Assembly (NCBI GenBank): GCA_964016885.1
Contig: OZ024745.1
Span: forward strand, 123,442,001-123,506,000
Direction of reading: 5' to 3'
DNA: 64,000 nucleotides
DNA from: Eledone cirrhosa
Lineage: Eukaryota
How positions within the stretch are numbered: position 1 is the first letter of the stretch; each line of letters begins with the position of its first letter. Below the pieces are notes generated by a model, which was not told the origin of the DNA, did no database searches, and worked only from the letters and a program-made list of their open reading frames with translations. Below, piece by piece: positions 12,784 through 26,639 of the stretch. Position numbers and translations under genes: made by a program.

Positions 12784-13436
12784 TTAAGAATCAACTTTGC
12801 CTTTCATCCTTCTATGTTGAGGGTGAGGTGTCAATAAAATAAGGATTAGTCAGTTATTTGGGTTTGTATTAAAGACTACATCACTCATCTTCCTACAAAA
12901 TATGTGGCTCTCTTATTTTAGGAATAATTACTCAACAACAGACATCAAGTATTTGAAGGTAGTTCGCTCTGCTAAAGTTGGGGGTTATTTCTGTGAACCT
13001 CATCAGAAGCTTCTCTATTTTGTCCTATCATCTGTATCCACCTCATATTCTTTTTCATTTCCTTCATTGTCTTTAGGCATGTCTTTCATAGTTTTCTCCT
13101 TCCTTAACTTCTTTCTACATTCATTTCCTCCATTCCTCTCACTGAGCCACTTTCACCTTTCTTTAACTCTTTACCATTTACATTACTTGATATATACTAT
13201 GTCCTGGGTATGACATTAAACTACATCCAGTGGCAAGGAGCTGCTGTAGGGAATGTGGAGTTACCCCTTAGTTGTTTTCACTCCCAGGTCTGCTCTGGCC
13301 CGGAGTAGTAGTACCTGTTAGGGCCCCATTTATGGGTTAAATAATTACCTTATTCGAGTGGCGCCGGTAAGGTATTATCAGCCACTGAAACGAACCATGG
13401 AAAGTCATCTCGGGAATTTTACCCGCCCTAGATAGA

Positions 13437-13772
13437 TCATCATTTCATTTTACGTCCACTTTTCCCTGCTTGCAAGAGTGGGACAGGAACTGATTCTGGC
13501 TTGATTTCTACAGCTGGATGCCCTTCCTAACACCAACCTCATTTACAGTGAGGGCTGGGTGCTTTTTTGCCGTGGCACCTCCACGACCACTTTGCAGTGG
13601 AATGATAGGGACCCCAGTCCCTATCATCTCATTTCTACAGCTGAGTAAACTGGAGCAATGTGAAATAAAGTGTCTTGCTCAAGGAAACAACACATCACCC
13701 GGTCTGAGAATTGAACTCACAACCTTTCGATTGCAAGGCCAATGCTCTAACCACTAAGCCATGTGCCTCCAT
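13437..13772 (-). mobile_element. SINE family B
   Basis: Reverse-complement match to 11496-11795. Confidence 0.8.
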
Positions 13773-14966
13773 AGGAGCCATGTGCCTATTGTATTTTCAC
13801 GGTAAAGGCTTTATCTCATATAATATCGAATCTATGAGATTTTGTCATTAGTTATTTTGAGAACAGTACCTTAACATCAGTATGAGTGGCCAGTTATGAC
13901 TGATTTGAACAGAAAGACGTGAGAAAATTCTGGCCAATATGGCCAGTTTGAATACTAAAGGGATAACACAGACCCAACCATCTGATTCCATTTCTTTTCA
14001 CAATATTCATCAATGGTTCTGTTTCTCACATCCTCTTGTTTGTCTTCCTCTCTCGAAGCTATACACTCTTATTCCACTCAGCCATTCTCATTTCCATTCT
14101 TTCACACCTTCTCTCTTGCTCAATGTTCATCATGCTGGGTTAGAAATCAATACCATTATACAATTGTGGATTATTATTCTCTGTCTATGTCACATGCTAT
14201 TTCATTTCTGTATAATTATTATTATTATTATTATTGTTCTGCCATTGTATTTATTGTATGGGTTTTAGAATATGTCTTCTATGTTTGTTGTTTTCAGTAC
14301 AAAAAACAAAAAAAATCAGTTCTTATAACAACAATGACACTTAATGTAAACTGTAAAACTACATAGATAAACCAATTGTATTTCATTTGAATTGAACAAT
14401 AGAATTGGATTCAAATGTTCATACAAAAAAATAAATGTTTTTTCTCTCTCCCCTCCCCTCTGTTACTGCAATATCTATTGTTGCTGTTTAACTTTGCTTT
14501 GATTCATCAAGCCATCAATGGCATTCCAGATATGGCCATCTCATCTCTCTCTATATTTAGTGTAGTGTGCATCCAGGACCATATTTATATTATTCAGCAT
14601 ATCCTCACCTCTATTATAAGATGATAGGGTGTGATACCAGGTTAATCAAGCTGGTATTTCTATTTCTAACAGACTGAACAAGTGCTGGAGGTTCCCTAGC
14701 TTTTAAAATATGTGTCTGAGTGTGTAAGGCAGCAAATTGGCAGAGCCGTTAGACTGTCAAATAGAATGCTTTGCAGTATTCGTTTCTGTTGTCTGCACTC
14801 TTGAGTTCAAATTCTGCCTAGATCAACTTTACTTTACATCATTTAGAAGTTGGTATAAATAGTATGTCCAGTACTAGGGTTGATTCTCCCTCCATATTTT
14901 TGTCTCACTTTCTCTCTATCACTATCTCTCTCTCTCACACACAGACAGACAGACAGACGCATGCAT

Positions 14967-14997
<31 letters not shown>

Positions 14998-15043
14998 CAC
15001 ACTCTCTCTCTGTCAGAAATCAGTTATGTTTAAACCTATAGAG

Positions 15044-15221
15044 CAGTGGTTCTCAACCTTTTTTTGCCAACGGCACACCTTGGAACACGTGAAAAAATAG
15101 CAGCACACCTGGCTAAATATATATGAAAAATATTTGAATTTTACAAAATAAAAACATGGCGAAAATAAAATTTCGCGGCACAATTAGGAAGGTCTCACAG
15201 CACACTGGTTGAGAATCACTG
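15044..15221. mobile_element. hAT (Charlie-like) MITE
   Basis: TIRs CAGTGGTTCTCAACC/GGTTGAGAATCACTG with an 8-bp TSD (CTATAGAG) on both sides. Confidence 0.85.
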
Positions 15222-16204
15222 CTATAGAGAGATAGGCTTCACCAGATTTAAAATGTCAAAGAAACTATGACTCTACATGGAGTTACAGGTCCATACATAC
15301 ATAGGTGTATATTTGTGCCTCTAGTTAAGACATTAATTTAAAGAATAGGGGTGTGCAGCGTCTTATATATTTAGTCACTCATACTGATGTTAGGGTATTT
15401 TCTCAACATTAATAATATCAAAATCTCATAGATTCGATATTATGTGAGATAATTATGTGAAGTAAAAGCCTTTACTGCTAAAATACAATAGTAAATATAG
15501 AGTAATGTAAATGCTGAAAGGTTAATCAATTTTCCCTTTCCTTTCAAATTGCTGGCCTTGTGCCAGATGTAGAAACAATTATTTTTGTTTGTGTTGTCAC
15601 TGCGTTAATGAGCACAACTCTGCATGTTGGCTATGTGCAGTGTTGTTGTTTCTACTGTATTGAAAGTACTCTTCGTAATATATGTGCAGTGCCTAGCAGT
15701 GCCATTTTCTGTATACTGTATATATTTATAAGTCCTGGAGTTTCAGTTATGTGTCTGTCTGTGTGTTTTTTTTTTTCATTCCCAGAGCCCCTTTTATTGT
15801 AGGAATTGTTTCTGTTACCAACATCCACGTAATGGGCTATTTCTGTCTCCAGATCTTTATATTTGGCTAATTTCTCCGTTTCCTTGGTAGATATATAGTG
15901 CACCCATGCATTCGCGGTCCCAGTTTTTTGCAGAATTTTCTTTAGAACCGGACTAATAATTGTTCAAGGAAACCACTGCATATTCGCAGAATCGTAAATA
16001 TCTTTTGCGATTTTTAAAATGTTTTTGTCATGGCAATATATATTTTTTTTAACGATAAATTATTAATAACAGTACACCATATTTACCGTCCTTTGAATGC
16101 CCCTTCGCATAAGATGCCCCCTCTTTTTTTATTATATTTTACGTTAAATTTTGATGTTTATAGGCATTTTTATGGACCACATCCAATATTTGTGGATTTT
16201 CACT

Positions 16205-17050
16205 CTTCACGGGAAAGTCGATTAAATCGACCCCTGTAGATTATTGGTACTTCATTTTATTGTCCTCACAAGGCAAAGTTAACCACGGTGAGATTTGAAT
16301 TCAGAACGTAAAAGGCCGTAACTCTGATGCAAAGCATATTGTCTGACGCTCTACCGATACTGCCAATCCACTGCCCTTAATAATAATAATAATAATATTG
16401 CTTGCCTTGTGCCTATAGTAGAAATCATTAAAGAGGGTGGTGTATTGGCAGAGTTGTCAGAGAGTCAGGCAACATGCTTTGCGGCATAGAGTTATGGCCC
16501 TTTACGTTTTGAGTTCAAATCTCTCCAGGGTTAACTTTGCCTTTCATCCTTACAGGAGTTGATAAAATAAAGTACCAGACATGTACTGGGGTCGATTTAA
16601 TAGACTTTCCCCTTCCCCAAAATTACTGGCCTTGTGCCTATAATAGAAATCATTATTGTGGGTAAATCAAAAAATATTTTTGCCTTGTGCCTAAAGTAGA
16701 AACAATTCTTGTTACTTTCCAAAAAGATGGTGAATTGGTAGAGTTGTTAGAACATTGAACAAAATGCTTTGCAGTATTTAGTCATTATTTTTTACATTAA
16801 AGTACCAGTAATGCACTGGGTAATTTTCTGGCCTTGTGCCTAACGTAGAAACAATTATTTTTTACATTCTGAATTTAGATGTTGTCAACTTCAACTTCAT
16901 AGGCGGAGAATTGTCGTTAGAACGTCAGATAGAATGCCTTATGGTATTTGTTCTGGTTCACTGCTCTCTGAGTTTAAATCCCACCGAGGTCAACTTTACT
17001 TTTTATCATTTCGAGGTTGATAAAAAAAGTACCAGTCTAGTACTGGGGTA
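16205..17050. mobile_element. Cluster of SINE A copies and fragments in both orientations
   Basis: Repeated CTTTCATCC/GATAAAA/AGTACCAG and GGCCTTGTGCC motifs. Confidence 0.65.
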
Positions 17051-17989
17051 GATTCTTCCTCTATATCTCTTTCTCATTTCCTCTCTCTCTCTCACTTTCT
17101 ATCTTTCTCTGGAAGAAATCTGCTGTAGTCAGGCCTGAGGAGGGGGTGGGCTCCACCAGGCTTAAAATGCCCAAGAAACACTGCATGTCAATACATCACC
17201 CCTACGGCTCTATCACAAGTTACGGGACCATACCATACCTACATACGTGAACTTCACTTTCTATCTTTCCTGGTTTGATAAAATAAAATACCAGTTATGT
17301 ACTAGGGTTGATATAATCGACCTTGTTCTTCTTCCCCAAATTACTGGCCTTGAGCCAATGTTATAAAGAAAGAATTACATTCTAAATCTTATATTTCTGA
17401 TACGTAAAACTAAAACTACTTTGTTACCTCTGATTAAATACTGCTGAAAATGGTGTGCTTACTTTAGCAAAACCGAAATGGAATTTTGATGCCTTTGTCT
17501 TAATTATACGTCTACCTGATTGGTGTTGCACTGTTGGCTAAGGTGAAAAGTTGCTTTCATTTCTGGCAAAGAAAGCCATTCAAGCAGACTTACTATTTGA
17601 CAAGATGAGACAGAAGGAATAACATATCTACAAATAAATACAGGAAGACAGAATAGATAGATAGATATATAGAGAGGAGAAGAGATATGTCGGAAGATAG
17701 AGAGATAGATAGATAGATAGATAGAGGGGGAAGGGGAGTAATTTTCTCATTTTCTTTGAGCTAATCATACTCTAGCTCTAATGAACCAGAAAATATTGAG
17801 TAATGTAGCAGACCATTTCCTAATTAAACTGATATTTTACCAAGCTCCACCCAGTCTTTTGACACCTCATGTTAGAAACAGTGAGTTTATATTTTATCTA
17901 AATAAAATTACCTTCATTGATTATTATCATTATTATTATTATTATTATTGTTATTTGTCAACATTTTCTTTCAATCATGTTTTTACCAA

Positions 17990-18044
<55 letters not shown>

Positions 18045-18045
<1 letters not shown>

Positions 18046-19900
18046 CGCAACTAATCAGAGAGAGAATTGATCTAGATGAAATGCAGTTCGGGTTTGTGTC
18101 AGGCAAAAGTACCACAGACACTCTTTTCATTGTACGACAACTACAGGAGAAGTACCTAGCTAAAAGTAAACCCCTATACTTAGCTTTCGTCGACTTGGAG
18201 AAAGCCTTCGACAGAGTCCCCCGTTCCATTATCTGGTGGTCTCTTAGAAAACTAGGTGTCGACGAATGGCTTGTGAGAGCTATACAAGCCATGTATAAAG
18301 AAACAGTCAGTAAGGTTAGAATTAACAACGAATATAGTGAAGAGTTTAGCGTAAAAGTTGGTATCCATCAGGGCTCTGTTCTTAGCCCCCTACTATTTAT
18401 TATTGCCCTTCAGGCTATAACAGAGGAGTTCAAGACCGGCTGCCCATGGGAACTCCTATACGCAGATGATCTAACGCTCATAGCTGAATCAATGACCGAA
18501 CTAGAGAAGAAATTCCAAACATGGAAGCACGGCCTAGAATCAAAAGGCCTTAAAATTAACCTGGCTAAGACTAAAGTTCTAGTTTGTAGGAAAGAAAATA
18601 AGGCGGCGGTCCCATCTGGGAAATGGCCATGCTCAGTGTGTAGGAAAGGCGTAGGTAGAAACTCCATTTTATGTCCCAAATGCAAAGTATGGGTGCATAA
18701 AAGATGTAGTGGGATCACAGGTAAGCTAACTAAGAACATAGATTTTACATGTGGCCGGTGCTCTGGTGCAATAAGTAGCAGCAAGTGCCCACAAAATACT
18801 AGCTCCTTCAACTGCGCAGAGGGTTCTATAGAAATAGTGGACAGCTTCCGTTATCTGGGTGACAAAATCAGCAGTGGGAGAGGGTGCTCTGAAAGTACAG
18901 TAGCTAGAGTCAGAACTGGATGGAAAAAGTTCAGAGAGCTTATACCACTATTAGCCGCAAGAGGGTTCTCCCTAAAAATGAAAGGCAGGTTATACGATGC
19001 CTGCATACGAACAGCAATGCTGCATGGCAGTGAGACCTGGGCATTGTGTGCAGAGGATATACGCAGACTAGAGAGGAACGAAGCTTGCATGCTCCGCTGG
19101 ATGTGCAATAGTAATATACGTGAACGGCAAAGCATAAACGAACTAAGGAAAAAATTAGAAATAAGAGGGATCAGATGTTGTTTACTCGAGAGAAGGCTAC
19201 GTTGGTACGGTCACGTGATGCGCATGAAAGACGACAGCTGTATAACAAAGTGCAGGGCAATAAAGATAGACGGAGTAGGCAGACCCAGAAAAACATGGGA
19301 CGAGCTGATAAATTCCGACCTCACACGCTTACACCTCTCCAAGACAATGTCACTGGACCGAGACCTTTGGCGGTACTCAGTAATAGAGAAGACCCGCCTT
19401 ACCTAAATACAAAGTAAAAACCTACTACAGTCAGTAGGCATCTCTATCAAAACACACCCCCGTCCCACCACCTCCACCCCACCCACACCGCCCCTTTCAA
19501 TGTAAAGTTATGTTGGTCCCACAACATCCAGGCCGAAACAAATGAGATCGTGTAGGTGTCACAACAAAAAACACACAGTCCACGCTGTAAATGTGGCCGT
19601 GTAGGCAACACGGTAAAAACCTCCCAGCCCCACACTGTAAATGTGGTTGGTGTTAGGAAGGGCATCCAGCTGTAGAAAACCCGCCAGACAGTCCACGCTG
19701 TAATGTGGCCGTGTAGGCAACATGGTAAAAACCTCCCAGCCCCACACTGTAAATGTGGTTGGTGTTAGGAAGGGCATCCAACTGTAGAAAACCCGCCAGA
19801 CAGTCCTATGCGAGCAAGACAACCACTCTTGCCTCAAGTGGGAAAACCCCCGTCCAAACCCATGCAAGCGTGGAACACGGACGCTAAACCTGATGATGAT
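18045..19900 (+). mobile_element. RTE-clade LINE, 5'-truncated, with open RT ORF (18045-19406)
   Basis: QFGF, FVDLEKAFD, GIHQGSVLSPLLF, YADD (18459-18470), KTKV, PHD-like finger, [21 protein letters not shown]. The 3' UTR has a ~118-bp tandem duplication and a (GAT)n tail. Confidence 0.95.
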
Positions 19901-19989
19901 ATATATATATATAGTGTAATTGTATTTTATCTATATACATGTATGTTTATTTGTATTCATCATCATCTTATATTTATATTAGCATAACT

Positions 19990-20022
<33 letters not shown>

Positions 20023-20354
20023 GTGTGAGTGTGTGTTGTGTGTGTGTATTCAAAAGGCAAACAGAAATAACAAAGCAAATGACACAGTACAATGAAGAAA
20101 TGTATTAGTTTTATGCTTGATAATGTAGGAAAAGAGACTTAATGTTTTGGACATTAGTCCTTTATATATATATTTATTAAAATAACAGATTAAAGTTTAT
20201 TAAATTTATTAAATAACAGATTTATTTATTAAATAACAGATTAAATTAATAAATATTTGCTCTACGGTTCTTATATATTTGATATATATTTATCCTTATC
20301 GATTCCTCTTTGGATTTTAGTCTTCAAATTTATTATTATTACTACATATATATA

Positions 20355-21590
20355 TGCATGGCCTAGAATCAAAAGGCCTTAAAATTAACCTGTCTAAGAC
20401 TAAAGTTCTAGTATGTAGGAAGGAAAATAGGGCACTGGTCCCATCTGGGAAATGGCCATGCTCAGTGTTTAGGAAAGGAGTAGGCAGAAACTCCATTTTA
20501 TGTCCCAAATGCAAAGTATGGGTGCATAACAGATGTAGTGGGATCACAGGTAAGCTAACTAAGAATATAGATTTTATATGTGGCCGGTGCTCAGGTGCAA
20601 TAAGTAGCAGCAAGTGCCCACAAAATACTAGCTCATTCCATTGCACAGATGGTTCTATAAAAATAGTGGACACCTTCCGTTACCTGGGTGACAAAATCAG
20701 CAGTGGTGGAGGGTGCTCTGAAAGTAGAGTAGCTAGAGTCAGAACAGAATGGAAAAAGTTCAGAGAGCTTATACCACTATTGGCTGCTAAAGGTTTCTCT
20801 CTAAAAATGAAAAGTAGGCTGTATGATGCCTGCATACGAACAGCGATGTTACATGGCAGTGAGACTTGGGCATTGTGTGCAGAGGATATATGCAGACTGT
20901 AGAGGAACGAAGCTTGCATGCTCCGTTGGATGTGTAATAGTAATATACGTGACCGGCAAAGCATAAATGAACTAAGGGAGAAATTAGGAATAAGAGGGAT
21001 CAGATGTTGTTTACTCGAGAGAAGACTATGTTGGTATGGTCACGTGATGCGCATGAAAGACGACAGCTGTATAAAAAAGTGCAGGGCGATAAAAATAGAC
21101 GGTAGCCAGACCCAGAAAAACCTGGGACGACTTGATAAATTCCGACCACTGGACCGAGATCTTTGGCACTACACAATAATACAGAAGACCTGACTTCCCT
21201 AAGTACAAAGCGAAACCTACAGTCAGTAGGCACCTCTTAACAAAAATACACCCCCCATCCCACTACCCACACCCCTTCCACACCACCCCTTTCAATGTAA
21301 AGTTATGTTGGTACCACACCATCCAGGCCGAAATAAATGAGGTCGTGTAGGTGTCACGACAAAAAAACACACAGTCCACGCTGTAATATGGCCTTGTAGG
21401 TAACACGGTAAAAACCTCCCAGTCCACACTGTAAACGTAGTTGGTGTTAGGAAGGGCATCCAGCCATAGAAAACCCGCCAGACAGTCCTATACGAGCAAG
21501 ACAACCAATCTTGCCTCAAGTGGGAAAATTCCCATCCAAACCCATGCAAGCGTGGAAGATGGACGTGAAACGATGATGATGATGATGATG
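20355..21590 (+). mobile_element. RTE LINE, 5'-truncated, disrupted
   Basis: Paralogue of 18525-19900 with an in-frame stop at 20900 and a later frameshift. Confidence 0.9.
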
Positions 21591-21607
21591 ATATATATAT
21601 ATATATA

Positions 21608-21958
21608 TCATTATCAGCATCATCGTTTAACGTCCATCTTCCAAGCTAGCATGGGTAAGACGGGCTGTCCCTTTGTGAGGGGTCAGATTGGGGGACTGAT
21701 TGCTCACTCAGAACTGATTTAGCTTGGTTTCTACAGCTGGATGCTCTTTTTAACACTAACCACATTTACAGCGGGTGCTGGGTGCTTTTTGCCATGTCGC
21801 CTACGCGGCTGCTTTACAGCGTGAACTGGGTGCTTTTTGTCGTGAAACCTACATGATCACTTTACAGCATGGTTGGGTGATTTTTGTCGTGACACCTACA
21901 GAACCACTTTACATTGCTGACTGGGTGCTCGGTTTTGTTATGACACCTAGATGACTAC
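21608..21958 (-). mobile_element. RTE/SINE 3' tail with repeated ~45-bp subunits
   Basis: CATCGTTTAACGTCC...CTGGATGC...CTGGGTGCTTTTTG repeats. Confidence 0.65.
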
Positions 21959-22056
21959 TATAGTGGGCCAGGCTTTTTTGTAGTGGCTCCAAGGCGGATC
22001 ACTTTATAGTAGAGGTTGGGAACTTGGAAAGGGTGGGGAAGATGCTTTGGGAAATT

Positions 22057-22102
<46 letters not shown>

Positions 22103-22794
22103 CAGGGTTTATTCATATTTCCTTTCAATAATATTTGTGTTTCAAGTCTGGCTAAATTGTTAAATGCGGAAAATTTACAGAACATCAGAACTCAGAGCAA
22201 GACTGCCAATTCATCATAAATGTTATGGAAGTATTAGTATGCAGAGGCTCTATCAATGACCGCTGCTAAGGTTTACATGTTGAACAACCTTTTACACTCA
22301 TCAAACATATAAGAACAGATTTTGAGAAGCTGAGTAGATGGAATACAAACTTCAAAGAAAGTATTTTTTATGTGTCTGTGTATGTGTGTGCGTACGTGTG
22401 TGTACACGTGTGTGTACATGTGTGTGTGCATGTGTGTGAGATCATGTTTGTGTACATGTGTGTGTGTGAGCGTGTGTATGTGTGTGTGTAAGTGCGTGTG
22501 TGTATGAGTACATATGTGTGTGTGTATGTGTATATTTGTGTGTGTGCATGTGTGTGTTTGTGTGTGAGCATGTTTGTACAGCATGTATGTGTGAGCGTTT
22601 GAGAGAGGGAGATAGAGAAAGACAACAGAATAAAATAAACACTATGAATAATTTAGCTGAGCAAGTTAAATAACAGCAATAGAGAGGACCACATTCAACA
22701 CAATGAAGACAACAGCAATGACACCCAGTAAAAACATACAACTTATACAAAATGTATTAAATGTACCAACTACACCGTTTATAGAAACGTGGAA

Positions 22795-23525
22795 TAATGA
22801 TAATAATGAAATTATTGTGTACAGTACTCAGGTGCACTACAGCTCATCAAAGGTGCATGTATAGTACATAGAATAATTGTTTCTACTTTTGGCACAAGGC
22901 CAGCAATTATCCCATTGTATTACTGGTACTTTATTTTATCGACCCCATAAGGATGAAAGGCAAAGTTAACCTCAGCAGGATTTGAACTCTTAGTACATAG
23001 AATAATGTACAAATGTCAGTGAAGTGAATAGTGTATGAGTCATGTGTGCGTGTGTATGGAGGGGGAATATTAGGTGTAGTGTTGACGAATTTCAGGAAGC
23101 ATGGAGGTTTTAAAGGATGCAGTGTCTCGACAGCTAACAACTGATGCAGGTAGTTTGTTCCATGGAGGTTTTAAAGGATGCAGTGTCTCGACAGCTAACA
23201 ACTGATGCAGGTAGTTTGTTCCATGGAGGTTTTAAAGGATGCAGTGTCTCAACAGCTAATAACTGATGCAGGTAGTTTGTTCCATGGAGGTTTTAAAGGA
23301 TGCAGTGTCTCAACAGCTAATAACTGATGCAGGTAGTTTGGTCCATGGAGGTTTTAAAGGATGCAGTGTCTTGACAGCTAACAACTGATGCAGGTAGTTT
23401 GTTCCATGGAGGTTTTAAAGGATGTAGTGTCTCAGCAGCTAATAACTGATGCAGGTAGTTTGTTCCATGCTTCAGCAACTCTGAGCGTGAAAAAATGTTT
23501 CCGAAAGTCATGGGAGCTGTGCTGT
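22795..23525 (-). mobile_element. CR1/L2-like LINE 3' end, interrupted by a SINE A fragment (22878-22990, TSD TAGTACATAGAATAAT)
   Basis: Minus strand translates HDFRKHFFTLRVAEAWNKLPASVVSC..TASFKTSM...*, the FF..RV...WN.LP...FK C-terminal motif. Ends in an (ATT)n-like tail. Confidence 0.7.
23100..23468. repeat. 61-bp minisatellite, ~6 copies
   Basis: Unit catggaggttttaaaggatgcagtgtctcgacagctaacaactgatgcaggtagtttgttc. Confidence 0.95.
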
Positions 23526-24012
23526 TTTTTTTAATGTATCAAAACAACTTAGTAGAATACAGTTTGTGAAAAACTACACTCTATAGAAATGTGGAACATA
23601 TCAAAACAACTCACCAAAACGAAGTACATTTTGTGGAAAATCAATTATAACTACATGAATAAGATATTAGAAAAAACAGTGAAATTAAACCAAATTTCCC
23701 GAGGAACAAAGAACTGTAAAACTGCAAAGAACTGAATAACTGTCAGGTAATGTGTGTATGTTAGAAGAAAAAAGACAGCATGCTCATATTTTGAAATATT
23801 TAATCATATCATAGGTTTCCTCAATCAGTGTGGTTCCTAGAGGAAATAATTGTTTCTACTTTTGGCACAAGGCCAGCTATTACTGGTTGCTCAAACTAAT
23901 GTTAAGGTATTGTTCTCAAAATAAATACTTTCAAAATCTCATAGATTCGATATTATGTGAGATAATTATGTGAGGTAAAGCTTTTACCGTGAAAATATAA
24001 TAGTATATATAA

Positions 24013-24207
24013 AATAATTGTTTCTACTTTTGGCACAAGGCCAGCAAATTACCCAGTGCATTACTGGTACTTGATTTTATCGACCCCATAAGGATGAAAG
24101 GCAAAGTTAACCTTGGCGGGATTTGAACTCAGAATGGTATGGGCCGTAACTCTATGCTGCAAAGCATGGCGTCCGACCTTCTACCGATACTGCCAATCCA
24201 CTGCCCT
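24013..24207 (-). mobile_element. SINE family A
   Basis: Full-length match to the family consensus. Confidence 0.8.
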
Positions 24208-24464
24208 AGAGGAAATAATATCAACTCTAGGGACCTGTTAAACCTGTTAGAATAAATACTCCTTCAAACTGCTCTTGCAAATCTTCATCTAGCATATACA
24301 TGACTGAAGACAAAATAAAATAGGGGAAAGCAGTATTAATACTAAACTCTTCTTCAAAATACACACCATTGTCTTTAATTTTATGGTTGTTCAATGTCTG
24401 CCATTGTTCCTTGGTCATCACTATAGTTATTTTCAATCCTGGGTACAGAACCTAGTGCAGGTGC

Positions 24465-24705
24465 CATGATAAAATGCATCCATGTCCTCTGTGTTCACTG
24501 CCCATATCTCACTACCATGCAGTTTCGTACTTCACACATAGGCCTCATACATGTGACCTTTCATTCGATAGAGAAACCACTTGTAGTCAACAGAGATAGC
24601 AGTTCCATCCCGTTGTTTGTTCTAGCTATTAAGCTCTCTGAGCACCCTCATCTAATTATGTCACCTAGGTAGCAGAAGCTATCAACCACTTCTATGGATC
24701 CTTCC
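24465..24705 (-). mobile_element. Degenerate RTE fragment
   Basis: Minus strand reads GSIEVVDSFCYLGDII..., similar to the RTE RT C-terminus. Confidence 0.6.
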
Positions 24706-25064
24706 TTGGATTGGAAAAGGTTTATATTATATATTTTATTATTATTATTATTATTGACATTAAGGTGGTAGATTAGTAATATAGGTAGAATGTCCAACAT
24801 GCTTTGTGGCATATAGTTACATCCCTTTATGTTCTGTATTTAAATCCTGCTGAGGTTAGCTTTGTCTTTCATCCTTATGGGGTCAATAAAATAAAGTACC
24901 AGTAATGCACTGAGGTCAATTTAATCGACTTAGCCTTTCCCTTATTATTGGCACTTTTATCAATTGACCCTGAATATTTACTACATACAAAGTCTTCCTT
25001 TCCTGTTCGTCTGCCAGCTATCCCACTACATCTCTAGTGTACTAAAGATTTGCATTGTGAACAT

Positions 25065-25274
25065 CAGGCATGTCAAACTGAGGGTCCCCCGGGGGCCACA
25101 TATGTGGTGCCTGAGGGCCACACACGACAACTAATTGCGCACATTACAACTAATTTTTAAAATTTTATATTATGAAAATAAAACTTGCTCGTGCAGTAAA
25201 AATCTTTGGGCGGGCCACAGGTGTGCTTATAAAGGGCCGCATGTGGCCTGCGGGTTACATGTTTGACACGCCTC
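25065..25274. mobile_element. hAT-like MITE
   Basis: CAGGCATGTCAAAC ... GTTTGACACGCCT inverted ends with GGGCCAC/GGGCCGC internal motifs. Confidence 0.6.
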
Positions 25275-25311
25275 GTATACATTGTATCAAGTTGATGGAG
25301 CAAGACCACTT

Positions 25312-25645
25312 CATCATCATCATTCATCATTTCATTTTACGTCCCCTTTTTCCCTGCTTGCAAGGGTGGGACAGGAACTGATTCTGGCTTGATTTCTACA
25401 GCTGGATGCCCTTCCTAACACCAACCTCATTTACAGTGAGTGGTGGGTGATTTTTCCCGTGGCACCTCCACATCCACTTTACAGTGGAATGATATGGACC
25501 CCAGTCCCTATCATCTCATTTCTACAGCTGAGTAAACTGGAGCAATGTGAAATAAAGTGCCTTGCTCAAGGAACAACACATCACCCGGTCTGAGAATTGA
25601 ACTCACAACCTTTCGATTGCAAGGCCACTAAGCCATGTGCCTCCA
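25312..25645 (-). mobile_element. SINE family B
   Basis: Match to 13437-13772. Confidence 0.8.
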
Positions 25646-26405
25646 TATGATGAAATTGGTGCCTTGTCTTCTTTCCTACTTATTAACATTTTAGTTTTTG
25701 TTAAGTTTACTTGAAACCCCTTTCATTTTAAGTTCTATTTCCACAGCCAGAATTTATTCTCTAGGTTTTCCACAGATCCAGCTAGTTCCAACAAGCTGTT
25801 GAAATGGCAAGAGCTCAGCTGTTGGGTTAATATAACTACACTCTACTACCCCAAGTATCGAGTACTCTGATGAGTAATGGTCTAACTAGTTTTAAACTGG
25901 TTCTATCCTGATACACACACACATAGCTACACACACACACACACACGCACACACAGCAGTGTACATAGAGAAGGAGATATACCAATAACATGTTAGAACA
26001 ACTGACAGTTTTATAATTGAAATACTAATTGAAGTTTTGACAAATAAGTTTTAGTGGGTTTTTTTTTTTACTGGAAAATATTTTTTGTTCTAAATGAAGA
26101 ATAAACTTTTGAAATAGCTCTGATTCATGCCAAATTTTTGCTGCAACTGTTTTTTATTTATTTACTTGCTTTCACATTTCTCATCTTTAACTATTTCCCA
26201 ATTTTGATTAATGGTTGTTGCTGGTATCTCCACGTTTGCCTAGATTCAGCAAACCTACAATTATTCCTTTTGATGCCAAATAGCCTAAAACTACCCTCGC
26301 TCTCTGATACAAAACTGTTTTCAAGTGTTTATACAAAAACTTCCATCATAATTTTTTTTTATTAGAATCTTATCTTCCAAATACCTGATTATTAATGTGA
26401 AAGTT

Positions 26406-26600
26406 AATAATTGTTTCTACTTTTGGCACAAGGCCAGCTATTACCCCAGTGTATTACTGGCACTTTATTTTATCGACCTCGTATTTATGAAAGGCAAAGT
26501 TAAAGTCGGCGGGATTTGAACTCAGAATAGCAAGGGCCGTAACTCAATTCGTCAAAGCATGGCGTCCGACCCTCTACTGATACTGCCAATCCACCGCCCT
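26406..26600 (-). mobile_element. SINE family A
   Basis: Full-length match to the family consensus. Confidence 0.8.
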
Positions 26601-26639
26601 AATAATGTTATTTATTTATTCTAATTTTTGCGGGGTGGG

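Noticed and set aside
17594-17627. Minus-strand AG..GTAAGT short exon candidate
   Set aside because: No homology recognised and no partner exons found.
17781-18044. N-terminal part of the 541-aa ORF
   Set aside because: Chance read-through of flanking DNA and (TA)n. RT similarity starts at ~18045.
23100-23468. CRISPR-like array
   Set aside because: Contiguous repeats without unique spacers, in a eukaryotic context.
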